This document shows positions 40,831 to 52,970 of a stretch of 64,000 nucleotides of DNA, piece by piece. The notes under the pieces were generated by a model that saw only the letters and a list, made by a program, of their open reading frames with translations, ran no database searches and was not told where the DNA came from. Position numbers and translations under genes: made by a program. Origin of the DNA: Eledone cirrhosa (lineage: Eukaryota). How positions within the stretch are numbered: position 1 is the first letter of the stretch; each line of letters begins with the position of its first letter. Location: positions 4,836,001 through 4,900,000 of the forward strand of contig OZ024752.1 of assembly GCA_964016885.1 (NCBI GenBank), read 5' to 3'.

Positions 40831-41827
40831 GTTGATTTTTCCTTTTCTGCAATGAAAAATATTTAAAATCATTATCATGATCATTATTATTGTTGTTGTT
40901 GTTGTTGTTGTTGTGCAATTGCTTGATGATGGTCGGGGAGGGGGGGCGGGGAGTCTCACATGGCCGCACTAGCAACCCCACTACCATGTGCAGCCATAAC
41001 TTGGTTAGTGTTATTGCTGTTTACACAGTTGTCATTACATTAGTATGTTGTCCTCATAATTTTTGGCATTAATATACTGATTGGATGCCCTTCCTATCAC
41101 CAGTACCACTTTACAGTATGGACTGGGTGCTTTTATTCATGCCACTAGCACTAGGGAAGTCATCTTACTGGACTTAGGGGACTTCTCCACCCCGCACCAA
41201 GTTATTCAGAGTGGTAGCTCTCCTAGATGGGTTGCATACACTTCGGCTTACGGAGCCTCCATATATTTATATATATATTTTTTTTCAGTGTGGTACCCTT
41301 GGTGGTAGGGTCCGTACTGTAGATAGAACTCAATATAATCTGATGGCAAGTAATCCAGTGAAATACATAGAAAAATTCCGTGTTCCACTGAGTTATTTCC
41401 TTAGATACAGAGTCAGATATAAGGTATTAATTTAACAATGAAAATAACAACAAAGTCAAGTTGTTTTACCTATTCATATCATTGTTTTACAATCATTTCG
41501 CAGGGTTGATCATATTGACATATTGTCTGATCTATACCAGTTATATAACTGTATACTATCAGACCTCAAATATAGGTTCGATCAGACCGTCTTCTTCAGA
41601 AACAATGAAGTTAGAATCTTTATTGGTAGTATATAAACAGGGTAAATACAAAAATAGACTCACCATACAAATATATATTCAGACAACATGTCAATATGAT
41701 GAACCCTCCAAAAAGATAGTAAAACAATGATATAAATAGGTAAAACAACTTGACTTTGTTGTTTTTATTTTCATTCTTAAATTAATACCTTATATATATG
41801 TATATATAACTTTGAATGAAGTTACGA

Positions 41828-42765
41828 CAAGTGCAGGCATCATCTGCAAAGAGGAGGTCACAGATAATATCAGTTCGGAGGAATGTTTTTGCTTTGAAAT
41901 GCTGGTGGTTGGGCCTGCTAAGAGAAAGGACTGGAGCGAAAGGTGCCATAGTGCGATCAGGAGCTTTGAAATGCTGGTGGTTGGGCCTGCTAAGAGAAAG
42001 GACTGGAGAGAAAGGTGCCATAGTGCGATCAGGAGCTTTGAAATGCTGGTGGTTGGGCCTGCTAAGAGAAAGGACTGGAGAGAAAGGTGCCATAGTGCGA
42101 TCAGGAGCTTTGAAATGCTGGTGGTTGGGCCTGCTAAGAGAAAGGACTGGAGAGAAAGGTGCCATAGTGCGATCAGGAGCTTTGAAATGCTGGTGGTTGG
42201 GCCTGCTAAGAGAAAGGACTGGAGAGAAAGGTGCCATAGTGCGATCAGGAGCTTTGAAATGCTGGTGGTTGGGCCTGCTAAGAGAAAGGACTGGAGAGAA
42301 AGGTGCCATAGTGCGATCAGGAGCTTTGAAATGCTGGTGGTTGGGCCTGCTAAGAGAAAGGACTGGAGAGAAAGGTGCCATAGTGCGATCAAGAGCTTTG
42401 AAATGCTGGTGGTTAGGCCTGCTAAGAGAAAGGACTGGAGAGAAAGGTGCCATAGTGCGATCAGGAGCTTTGAAATGCTGGTGGTTAGGCCTGCTAAGAG
42501 AAAGGACTGGAGAGAAAGGTGCCATAGTGCGATCAGGAGCTTTGAATCCAGTTGCATAGAGAAATTGCGTGTTGACCGAACAGGGACGAAGCAATGGGCC
42601 TTGATAACTGGAAGACTCTCCATAAACTCTTGCTCCTGCGACCTATGTGGCTTGGTCTGTGGGTCACTGGCGAGATTGAAATGTCACATGAGACACTGCT
42701 ATCCAGAGAGCTGAACTTTTGTTGGACACTCATATGTCAGATATCGACGGGAGAGTCTATCATAT
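41828..42765. mobile_element. RTE-type LINE relic with an inverted 5' segment; junction amplified as a 72-bp repeat
   Basis: Minus strand KAKT..DIICDLLFADDA (RT motif) joined to + strand C-terminus WRERCHSAIRSFE...CDLCGLVCGSLARLKCHMRH. Confidence 0.7.
41891..42546. repeat. 72-bp minisatellite, 9 copies
   Basis: gctttgaaatgctggtggttgggcctgctaagagaaaggactggagagaaaggtgccatagtgcgatcagga. Confidence 0.95.
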
Positions 42766-43380
42766 ATATGAGAGAAAGAGATGTGTGTGTGTGTGTATCA
42801 TATATATGTCTATATATTTGTGTGTATGTATATATATATATATATATGTATATGTGTGTGTGAAGAACTGGTAGAGACAAACATATCTGAGGGGGAGCTT
42901 CCTACACGATGTATAATATAGAAGTAAAATTTTGCATTCTAAATAAGGTTGGTTGAAAAATTCCAATCAACTCCTTTGAATCTGAAGATCAAAACTGACT
43001 TTGAGGGTATTCAAACCAGAGACAGAACTCATATACAATCTCAGTTGATTCAAACTTTTTGGCAACATTTTCGACAAGGTAGTGTGATTGAACATAATCT
43101 TTATGCCGGCTTAGTGAAAGAAATTGACATGTTTCAATCTTATTAAATTTCCTCAGTGAACCATATTTACTTACAAAGTTGGATTAATTAGAATAGTCAA
43201 CTATAGTTATATATGCGAGCAACCACATCATCATCATCATTTAACATCCATTTTCCAAGCTAGCATGGGTAGGATGGCTGACCCCTTGGGAGAGAATCAG
43301 GTCAGAGGACCGTGTTTCGCTCACCTGGGGCTGATTTTGGCTTGGGTTCTATATGTACAAACACACATATATATATATAT

Positions 43381-43412
<32 letters not shown>

Positions 43413-43752
43413 GGAGGCACATGGCTTAGTGGTTAGAGCATTGGCCTTGCAATCGAAAGGTTGTGAGTTCAATTCTCAGACCAGGTGATGTGTTGTTTCC
43501 TTGAGCAAGACACTTTATTTCACATTGCTCCAGTTTACTGAGCTGTAGAAATGAGATAATAGGGACTGGGGTCCATATCAATCCACTGCAAAGTGGTCGT
43601 GGAGGTGCCACGGCAAAAAAGCACCCAGCACTCACTGTAAATGAGGTTGGTGTTAGGAAGGGCATCCAGCTGTAGAAATCAAGCCAGAATCAGTTCCACC
43701 CTTGCAAGCAGGGGAAAAGTGGACGTAAAATGAAATGATGATGATGATGATG

Positions 43753-43753
<1 letters not shown>
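43413..43753 (+). mobile_element. tRNA-derived SINE family B (CORE-like centre, RTE-type tail, about 340 bp)
   Basis: tggcttagtggttagagc A box, gagttcaattc B box, ccttgagcaagacacttt CORE-like block, ggacgtaaaa..(tga)n tail. Confidence 0.85.
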
Positions 43754-43790
<37 letters not shown>

Positions 43791-43892
43791 ATACATGTGT
43801 GTGTATATGTGCTTTCAACCCTCTTTAGCAGGGTAAATGGATGCTAAAAACAATGGATATGATAATTACAAACACACTCACAAATATATATA

Positions 43893-43947
<55 letters not shown>

Positions 43948-44456
43948 ATAATGTATCTATCTTCATTTTTTTGCCTGCAATATAGTTTATCTAGTAACCC
44001 TTACTCTCTTTATGATTTTTTGTTGTTCAAAGAATTAGTTTTGTATTAAGATATGTGTGTAATTGTGTAAGTGTTTGTGTAAGTGTTTGTGTAAGTGTTT
44101 GTGTACACTCATATACACTCATATACATTAGTATAAGAGTGTATATGAGTGTATTACCAAACTGTATCTTTACTTTACCAGTTCAATTTTTACCATTTCT
44201 ACATGTATACCACGAGTACCACTTCTCACCAGAAGACCTGCTGAAACCATCAATCTACTCTGCCTGTTATTTCACTTCTTATTTCCATATAGTAGTACCT
44301 CTTCACCCAGTATCCATATCTTCACATCTACCCATGCCTACATCCATACCTAACATTCTCTACTGAACAGCTCAATCATTTCTTGTGCAATGCCACTTCA
44401 CTTGCCAACCCTTAACTACTTTTTACTCCCATTACTCCTATACATTTCCCTCAACT

Positions 44457-45563
44457 CTTTTACCCTAATACTACCACCATCTAGCACACCACCTTTACCC
44501 TAATACTACCACCATCTAGCACACCACCTTTTCCCTAATACTACCACCATCTAGCACACCACCTTTACCCTAATACCACCACCATCTAGCACACCACCTT
44601 TTCCCTAATACTACCACCATCTAGCACACCACCTTTACCCTAATACCACCACCATCTAGCACACCACCTTTTCCCTAATACCACCACCATCTAGCACACC
44701 ACCTTTACCCTAATACTACCACCATCTAGCACACCACCTTTACCCTAATACCACCACCATCTAGCACACCACCTTTTCCCTAATACTACCACCATCTAGC
44801 ACACCACCTTTTCCCTAATACCACCACCATCTAGCACACCACCTTTACCCTAATACCACCACCATCTAGCACACCACCTTTACCCTAATACTACCACCAT
44901 CTAGCACACCACCTTTACCCTAATACTACCACCATCTAGCACACCACCTTTTCCCTAATACTACCACCATCTAGCACACCACCTTTACCCTAATACCACC
45001 ACCATCTAGCACACCACCTTTACCCTAATACTACCACCATCTAGCACCACCACCTTTACCCTAATACTACCACCATCTAGCACACCACCTTTACCCTAAT
45101 ACTACCACCATCTAGCACACCACCTTTACCCTAATACTACCACCATCTAGCACACCACCTTTACCCTAATACTACCACCATCTAGCACACCACCTTTACC
45201 CTAATACCACCACCATCTAGCACACCACCTTTACCCTAATACCACCACCATCTAGCACACCACCTTTACCCTAATACTACCACCATCTAGCACACCACCT
45301 TTACCCTAATACTACCACCATCTAGCACCACCACCTTTACCCTAATACTACCACCGCCTTTACCCTAGCACCACCACCTTTGCCCTAATACTACCACCAT
45401 CTAGCACCACCACCTTTACCCTAATACCACCACCATCTAGCACACCACCTTTACCCTAATACTACCACCATCTAGCACCACCACCTTTACCCTAGCACCA
45501 CCACCTTTGCCCTAATACTACCACCATCTAGCACCACCACCTTTACCCTAATACCACCACCAT
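44457..45563. repeat. 35-bp C-rich minisatellite, about 31 copies
   Basis: taccctaatactaccaccatctagcacaccacctt. Confidence 0.95.
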
Positions 45564-45980
45564 TAGCTAAGATCTTTCTCTCCCTTATTATGAAGCATTT
45601 CCCCCAGCACATAAATATAACATTTTTAATAGAAATACCATTCAAATTTCTTACTCTACGACTCCTAACCTTGCACATAACATCACAGCTTCAAATTTAG
45701 CTAAACTACCTAGCCGTAGGAACACGTGCAACCCTGTAGCTAGTACTAACTGTAATTGTAGGAATCGGGTTGACTGCACCCTATCCGGGAAATGCCTCTC
45801 TAGTAACATTGTCTACAAATGTAAGGTTTAAACACCCACGTCCCTTAGGGCCTACATAGGGTTAACCACCAATAGATTCAAGCAACGTCTTTACATGCAT
45901 ACCCATTCTTTTCTTAACCCTTTAAGAAGGAATATGACGTCACTTTCGGCTTATATCTGGAGTCTAAAAGACAACCCACC
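45563..45980 (+). mobile_element. Penelope-like element fragment (linker + GIY-YIG, degenerate)
   Basis: LAKIFLSLIMKHFP..IFNRNTIQISYS; NCNCRNRVDCTLSGKCLSSNIVYKCKV*..AYIGLTTNRFKQR...TSLSAYIWSLKDN; paralogous to the 56.5-57 kb element. Confidence 0.75.
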
Positions 45981-45993
45981 CAATATACCCAAT

Positions 45994-46700
45994 ATGTTAC
46001 TAGTTAGTTGTTTGTTCTATGTGTGTGTGTTTTCATTTTGTCCTTAATTGTGAGTTGTGATGTTGCTATTCCATTCATATTAACTGTAAAACTAGAAACA
46101 TAGTATATAGCATAAGATGTACTGAGGGACAATGTAAAGATAAGAATATAATGTACATAGGTGAGACAGCTCGTAGCATAGGAGAACGATTAAATGAACA
46201 CTGGCGAGAACTCCAAGATAGAAAAGACTCATCAGTACTCCACCAACATGCTAAAATAGAACATAAGGGCAAATTAGAGAACATAGAAATAAAAATAGAA
46301 TCTACACACAGAAAAGACGCAATGTTTAGACAAATCACAGAGGCAATAAACATAAATGAACTCCAACCAAAATTGAATAGAAAACATGAATGGAACAGCA
46401 ACATCACAACTTACAATTAAGGACAAAATGAAAACACACACACATAGAACAAACAACTAACTAGTAACATATAAATAAAGAAATAAAAACACACACAGAC
46501 ACCCGGATATAACACATACGCAAAGTAAGTACACAACACACACAAAACCAAGATGGCGTAGGACAGAACAAAGGAGAGGCACAAAACAAAGAAAAGAATC
46601 CCCAGTCACTGAAGAGGTCACAGAATGTGTGACGAAAGAACTTTGACAATATATGAACAACCGTCCAGTTGTGGAACCAACCAACCAACCGGAAATTTAT
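45994..46700 (+). mobile_element. Penelope-like element 3' fragment (GIY-YIG) with inverted 5' duplication
   Basis: NCKTRNIVYSIRC...MYIGETARSIGERLNEH...RQITEAININELQPKLNRKHEW; about 45994-46078 is the reverse complement of about 46386-46470; hammerhead downstream. Confidence 0.85.
46605..46647 (+). ncRNA. Hammerhead ribozyme candidate downstream of a GIY-YIG ORF
   Basis: gtca-CTGAAGA-ggtcacagaatgtgtgac-GAAA-gaac-TT-tgac; a related degenerate copy sits near 53822-53860. Confidence 0.6.
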
Positions 46701-46811
46701 AAATTTTTAAATTTATAATTTAATTTATAATAAATTGTGTTTCTTATTGGCAACATGACCCTCCCAAAGTATAACAATATATATATATATATATATATAA
46801 ACACACACACA

Positions 46812-47131
46812 CAGTTGTCCCCCAGTATTCATGGCGGTTATGTTCCTAGAGCACCCGCGAAGAGTGAAAAACCGTGAATCCTGGACGTGGTCGATAAAAA
46901 TGCCTATAAACGTCAAAATATAACGTAAAATGTAATAAAAAATGAGTCAGTGTCGTGAAGGGGCGTCCAATAGACCGGCAAATACAGAATATTGTTATTA
47001 ATAATTTAACATTAAAAAATATCTATTGCCACAAAAAAAGCCATTATGTGGTGGTTTCCACGAACAATTATTAGTTAGGTTCTAAGGAAAATTTTGCGAA
47101 TGCTGGGGCCATGTATGCCAGGGGTACACTG
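46812..47131. mobile_element. Tigger-like MITE
   Basis: Ends cagttgtcccccagtattcatggc / gccatgtatgccaggggtacactg followed by TA. Confidence 0.6.
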
Positions 47132-47449
47132 TATATATATGGATGTATGTCTGCCTTTCTGTATCATCATCATCATCACCGTTTATGTCCATTTTTCCAC
47201 GCTAGCATGGGTTAAACGGGTTGTCCTGTTGTGGGCAGTCTCCAGTCGGCTGACCTTGTCTTGCTCATATGGGAACTGATTCTGGCTTGATTTCTACAGC
47301 TGGATGCCCTACCTAACACCAACCTCATTTACAGTGAGTGCTGGGTGCTTTTTTGCCATGTCACCTCCACAACCATTTTGCAGTAGGAGGGTGTTGGGGC
47401 ATATTGTCTATATGCTTCAGCTTCGGCTTGTTCTTGTGGGGGGGTTGGG

Positions 47450-47715
47450 TCTTCTATATTACTGCATGACACCAGAGGTCATGCTCTTGAGAGGAGCAAT
47501 TGGGAAAGGTCGGCCTTTATCACCTCATCCCAGGTCTTCTTGGGTCTTTCCACTCTGTGGCGTCCATCAACTTCTAGTGCTCTGCACCTTTTTATGCAGC
47601 TGTCATCCTTCATACGCATCACATGTCCATACCAACATAACCTCTTCTCCTGCACACAGCATTTGATTCCTCTGATGCTCATTCTCTCTCTCAACTCGTT
47701 TATACTTTCCTGTTC
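47450..47715 (-). mobile_element. RTE LINE 3' fragment
   Basis: RLCWYGHVMRMKDD...RPKKTWDEVIKADL. Confidence 0.8.
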
Positions 47716-48209
47716 AAGTATTCATAAGCAAATTTGAACCTCAGTTAAAAATAGCAAAGATAGAAGAATATGTAGACATGTAATGGCTTGTCTCTACTTC
47801 AATTATTATATTTATCATTATTTTTGTGGCATTTTAACTGCTTGTTTCCTTTTTTAATTTTACACAAGCATCATATTACCTCACTAATCTTGATCTTTTG
47901 TTATCTCCTTATGAAAGCCAGAAACCTGAAATTTAACCCTCACAGCTTCTTCCTGTGTCTTCCTATGTCTGTCCATGTGTGTGCATAAATATATTTGAGT
48001 ATTATATGGTAAATGTTATATATTTGTAGATTATGTGTATCAAATGATATGTATATAAAATAATTTGTAATAATTAAGCAATGAAGCTGAGTGATGAGAT
48101 CATGACACTGGTTCTGTGGAATGACGTGGCCACTGTCACCATTGAAATATGTATCACAGCCTTATCAATAAAGGACTTTAACATCTACAACTACATCTCA
48201 TTCTCTTAT

Positions 48210-48293
<84 letters not shown>

Positions 48294-48356
48294 AACAGTA
48301 ATGGTTGCATTCTTTAAGGGTATGTCAATATTTATTTATAAAACTGCTCTATATTA

Positions 48357-48421
48357 TATTTTATCTGATGAAAGCACACCATAATTTAACTGGGTGTCCT
48401 TGAAATATGTATAATGAAATA
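48357..48421 (+). ncRNA. Minimal hammerhead ribozyme (diverged member of the 58763 family)
   Basis: tattttat-CTGATGA-aagcacacc...ggtgtcctt-GAAA-tatgta-TA-atgaaata; stem II sequence differs (acacc/ggtgt vs gtacc/ggtac) but still pairs. Confidence 0.7.
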
Positions 48422-48551
48422 AATATGGTTTTATAAATATAGTTTCCATTTGTTAATATCGTATTTTTACTCCAATTATATGTTGAGTGCTTTATATCAG
48501 TTATAAAAATATTTGCTTGTTGTATCCCAACAATTTAAATAGAACTTCTAG

Positions 48552-48598
<47 letters not shown>

Positions 48599-48643
48599 GT
48601 GACGAAACATAAGTCAATTGCATGAACTCATAATCCTTTATTT

Positions 48644-48699
48644 ACTGCTATATATATTTCGATGATAGCCATTGAATGGCTATGACCTCATCAGGCAGT
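48644..48699 (-). ncRNA. Minimal type I hammerhead ribozyme
   Basis: Minus strand actgc-CTGATGA-ggtcatagccat-tca-atggctatcatc-GAAA-tatata-TA-gcagt, followed by aataaa. Confidence 0.8.
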
Positions 48700-49336
48700 T
48701 AGTCAGTTCTTAGATATGCCAGCTCTGTGTTTATAGTGTTGATGGTATCAGAGCCTTGGGACATATACACACACACATATATATATATAGGATAAGAGAA
48801 TGGGAAGTAGTTGTAGCTGTTAAAGTCCTTTAGTGATATATATATGTTATGTATTTTCATAGAAAATGTAAAGGAAAGAAGAGTGTAATTATATATATAT
48901 ATATATTAATATATATATATATATGTATATATTTAGTTTCTACATTCTCTTTCTCCAAGTTGACCTGTTTTTCTGATTCAGCCTCATTCTTATTCTAATG
49001 TCACAAATAATGAGTCAATGTTGTAAAAGACTTAGTATTCACAACCATCTGTCTATTTAAACATATCTATCTAATTTTCTAATGAGTATAAAGTCTATCT
49101 AGCTTGATAGGTGATCAAGTTTTTGGTCAGTTTACTGAAGTTACTGTTGCAGATGGTTAGGTCATTTGCATCACATAACTCTAGAAGCTTTGATCTTTCC
49201 TCATTTTTTTATCCATTTTTATCCATTAGCTATTATCTACACCATGCCAGCATGGGAAAGTGGATATAAAAATGAAGATGAATAGGCTGTTACAAGTGTG
49301 GAAAAATAGATGTAAAAATGATGGATGATGATGATG

Positions 49337-49534
49337 CCATATATACTCGAATATAAGCTGCTCCAAATATAAGCCGACCCCCACTCCTTTGTTTTATGCC
49401 TGAGAAATCGGCAAAAATCAAAACCTCATTTAAAAGCTAAGGCAATGACTCAACACATAAATATTGACCCCGAATATAAGTTGATCCTCCATCTTTTGGT
49501 CACATACCTTGGCTTATATTCGAGTATTGTATGG
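49337..49534. mobile_element. Tc1/mariner-pogo MITE about 70 bp upstream of a Robo exon
   Basis: TIRs ccatatatactcgaatataagc / gcttatattcgagtattgtatgg. Confidence 0.7.
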
Positions 49535-49607
49535 TAAATGTTATATATTTATGAATTATTTATAAAATTATGTATATAAAATGACTTTTTTTCTTTTTCT
49601 TTTCTAG

Positions 49608-49746
49608 AAAAACCCCGTATAACCATCCAGCCCAAAGATAAAGTTGTTGAAAAAGGTAAAAATGTTGAATTAGAATGCCGGGCACGAGGAGACCCTAAAC
49701 CAGTTATTACATGGCGGAGAGAAAAAGGCCAGCTTCCACCAGATCG
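49608..49746 (+). CDS. robo: Robo-like receptor exon, N-terminal half of Ig domain 3 (phase 1-2, 139 nt); absent from the ORF track
   Basis: ttttctttttcttttctag acceptor, cg|gtaaga donor. Reads EKPRITIQPKDKVVEKGKNVELECRARGDPKPVITWRREKGQLPPDR, in frame with the upstream exon; matches Robo Ig3 C.ARGDP.P.(V/I).WR..G.LP..R. Confidence 0.92.
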
Positions 49747-50280
49747 GTAAGATACCCTTTACTTTATAACAAGAGTATCTGTATACCATGTGTGCGAGTC
49801 TGCAAATAAACATATCCTATGTCAGTTTTGACAATGAGTATTCCAGTTGTTCAATCATCTAAGCTGCCACACATTGCATTAGTGTGTATGAAAACAGAGG
49901 TTTATTTACATAAATATTTCACATAATGTACAGGAGGGTAGAAAATGAATTAATTAATGAAGACAAATAGGGGGAGGGTGAAAGAAGAAGGTAGGGGCAG
50001 ATTCTACACTCTAGTCAAGGCAGTACATCAATACATCTCAGCTTACCCTGCTGACAAGATGGCAAAAGCATTGTTATGGAGAACGGCCAACACCACCTGC
50101 AGTATCATCCACTCCATCGCACAGAGTTCCTTCCTTAGGTTGGGATGTACTCTTCCCAATTTTATGGAAAAAAACTGAGCTGGAAGTCAGGAGATTGGTT
50201 AGGGTTAGGGAACTCAATGGAGCATTATATATAAATAAAAGTTCGGAGGCCATATTCAGTTGATTCAGGTTTATTTAAAA

Positions 50281-50342
50281 CTCTATTATACATATTTCAC
50301 TGAGGACTATTAATTATGATAGCCTGAGCTCTTCAGACGGGA
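50281..50342 (-). ncRNA. Degenerate hammerhead motif
   Basis: Minus strand CTGAAGA-gctcaggctat...atagtcctcagt-GAAA-tatgta-TA; stem I imperfect. Confidence 0.45.
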
Positions 50343-50849
50343 AAACCTAAAAAAAATATAGAAAGTTCCTAAGAAACCTTTAAATTTGGGAAAATCTAAT
50401 AATTTCCCCGAAAAAATATTTTCTTTTCATGAGGAGGCCGGCCGAACGTGTGGTGTTGTTTCTTTGGCAGTCGGCCCCTGTATGACCCCAAGAGGTTTGG
50501 CAGAAGTGTTGGTTAGTATAGGAAGTAATGAAAACGGTTGGTAGGCCTTCTCCTTATCTTGTCTATCATTAGCTGTTGTAGTAGTAGTGACAGGCTATCT
50601 ATAATAGTTGTGACATCCCCTCCCAACCCCATATTTTCCACAGATCTGCAACAACTGTGAATATTATAACCAATACCAAAATTAACTATACAAGAAATAG
50701 ATTAATATACAATAAATAAACTAATTAATTAATTAATTCTCTTCACTATAATAAAAAAATTTATAATGAAGAGAATTAAGAGGTAAGGAATAGCAGCCTG
50801 TATGCCTAGGCCACAGATCAGAGTGTATAACGTAGATGTTGTATAGTTA

Positions 50850-51110
50850 TAGTTTAACTGCTATAAAAACCAGATCGTCAGAATAGAGAAGTTCCCATGG
50901 GCAGCCAGTCTTAAACTCCTCTGTTATGGTTTGGAGGACTATAGTGAACAAGAGCGGGCTACGGACCGAACCTTGATGTACTCCTACTTGTATCTGGAAT
51001 TCCTCACTCAACTCCATTCCTACCCTCACTTTACTGACAGCACCTCTGTACATAGCTTGCACTGCCCTCACAAGCCATTCCTCTACACCTAGTTTCTTTA
51101 GGGACCACCA
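50850..51110 (-). mobile_element. RTE LINE RT fragment
   Basis: GVHQGSVRSPLLF...CPWELLYSDDLV; near-identical to about 39620-39858. Confidence 0.85.
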
Positions 51111-51822
51111 GATATTTGTGTATATATATTGAGAATGTGTGTGTGCAGGTGTATACATATTGAGAATGTATGTGCATGTGTATATATATTGAGAATGTAT
51201 GCGTGTCTCTCTATATATATATCAAGAATATGTGTGTGTGCATGTGTATATATATTGAGAATGTGTGTGTGTATATATATATATCAAGAATATGTGTGTG
51301 TGCATGTGTATATATAATGAGAATGTATGTGTGTATTGAGAATGTATGTGTATGTGCATCATCATCATACGTCTATCTTCCACGCGAGCATGGGTTAGAT
51401 GGGAATTGTTCCATTTGAGGTAAGATTGATTGGGTGACCATGTCTCACTCGTATAGGACTATCTGGCAGGTTTTCTACAGTTAGATGCCCTTCCTAACAC
51501 ACACACATATATATATATATATTGAGAATGTATGTGTGTGTGTATTGTGAATGTATGTGTGTGTGTGTGCATGTATATATATTTGTAATAAATATTTGCT
51601 CTACGGTTCTTATATATTTGATATATATTTATCCTTATCGAGCCCTCTTTGGATTTTAGTCTTCAAATTTATTATTATTACTATATATATATATATAAGG
51701 GTAAACATTGATGCAATTCAATTCAAGCACTCAACGTACTTTTTCCACATAGGAGTGACGGAGTAAATATCGAATAAGTAAAAGCGAAGTAGTTTCAGAT
51801 GTTCAAGTCCTTTAATAATAAT

Positions 51823-51896
51823 GCTGTGATATATATTTCAATGACGACACTGGCCACACTGTTCTGTGTGCGAGTGTCGTGACATCATCAGACAGC
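51823..51896 (-). ncRNA. Minimal type I hammerhead ribozyme (mirror copy of 52039-52112)
   Basis: Exact reverse complement of the + strand copy, in the other arm of the 51772-52163 palindrome. Confidence 0.85.
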
Positions 51897-52038
51897 TTGT
51901 TACATAATAAGGTTGTTTCCGAGGCAATCCAAATTGAATCGACATGGGAACGGATGAAAAACCCAAAAGCACGAACTTCATCCATTCCCATGTCGATTCA
52001 ATTTGGATTGCCTCGGAAACAACCTTATTATGTAACAA

Positions 52039-52112
52039 GCTGTCTGATGATGTCACGACACTCGCACACAGAACAGTGTGGCCAGTGTCGTCATTGAAAT
52101 ATATATCACAGC
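52039..52112 (+). ncRNA. Minimal type I hammerhead ribozyme
   Basis: gctgt-CTGATGA-(stem II incl. acgacact..cacac/gtgtg..agtgtcgt)-GAAA-tatata-TC-acagc: intact core, 5-bp stem I, palindromic stem III loop, AUC site. Confidence 0.85.
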
Positions 52113-52620
52113 ATTATTATTAAAGGACTTGAACATCTGAAACTACTTCGCTTTTACTTATTCTATATATATATATATATATATATATTAAGATAAGCAG
52201 AACAAGTAAAATTCAATCAATTTTTCAAAATACATTAAAAAATATAATATAAATATTTACCTCTTCTAGTGGCCCTTACTGATCAGTTTCGCTTTGTAAA
52301 ACCTCATAAATCCGATATATATATAAAGAATGTATGTGTGTGCATGTGTAAAATACACGTACACACACACACACACACACATACATTTATAGGACTGGTA
52401 TGCAAACAAGCTGCAGACACTTGTAAGATGTTTTGACAAAAAGTATAACAGTAACACATTGGAAGTGTAGCCATAAAACATTGACCATAAATGTGTCAAA
52501 GAAGCATGATCTGAAATCCAGTCATAAAGTAGAAAAAGAATACTAGCTCAAGTCTGGAAGTGATGTTTACTTTATAAATGCATATAACTTAATTAATCCT
52601 CAGATTATATGTGTATGTAT

Positions 52621-52970
52621 ATCATCATCATCATCATCATTTCCTTTTACGCCCTTTTTTCCCTGCTTGCAAGGGTGGGACGGGAACTGATTCTGGCTTG
52701 ATTTCTACAGCTGGATGCCCTTCCTAACACCACCAACCTCATTTACAGTGAGTACTGGGTGCTTTTTTGCCGTGGCACCTCCACGACCACTTTGCAGTGG
52801 AATGATAGGGACCCGAGTCCCAATCAACTCATTTCTACAGCTGAGTAAACTGGAGCAATGTGAAATAAAGTGCCTTGCTCAAGGAAACAACACATCACCT
52901 GGTCTGAGAATTGAACTCACAATCTTTCAATTGAAAGGCCAATGTTCTAACCACTAAGCCATGTGCCTCC
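52621..52970 (-). mobile_element. SINE family B
   Basis: Reverse complement of 43413-43753. Confidence 0.85.

Larger units (their letters stand above)
51772..52163. repeat. Near-perfect long inverted repeat (187-bp arms, 18-bp spacer)
   Basis: 51772-51958 is the reverse complement of 51977-52163; I see one mismatch (51951/51984). Confidence 0.95.

Noticed and set aside
44457-45563. Telomere-like ccctaa within the 35-bp repeat
   Set aside because: One ccctaa per unit in a longer minisatellite, not an interstitial (TTAGGG)n array.
50050-50180. Possible C-terminus of an RLE/CRE retrotransposon on the minus strand
   Set aside because: Only a vague resemblance (LAVLHNNAFAIL); not supportable.
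51838-52097. Mirror-image 72-aa ORFs on both strands
   Set aside because: A consequence of the palindrome; no coding evidence.
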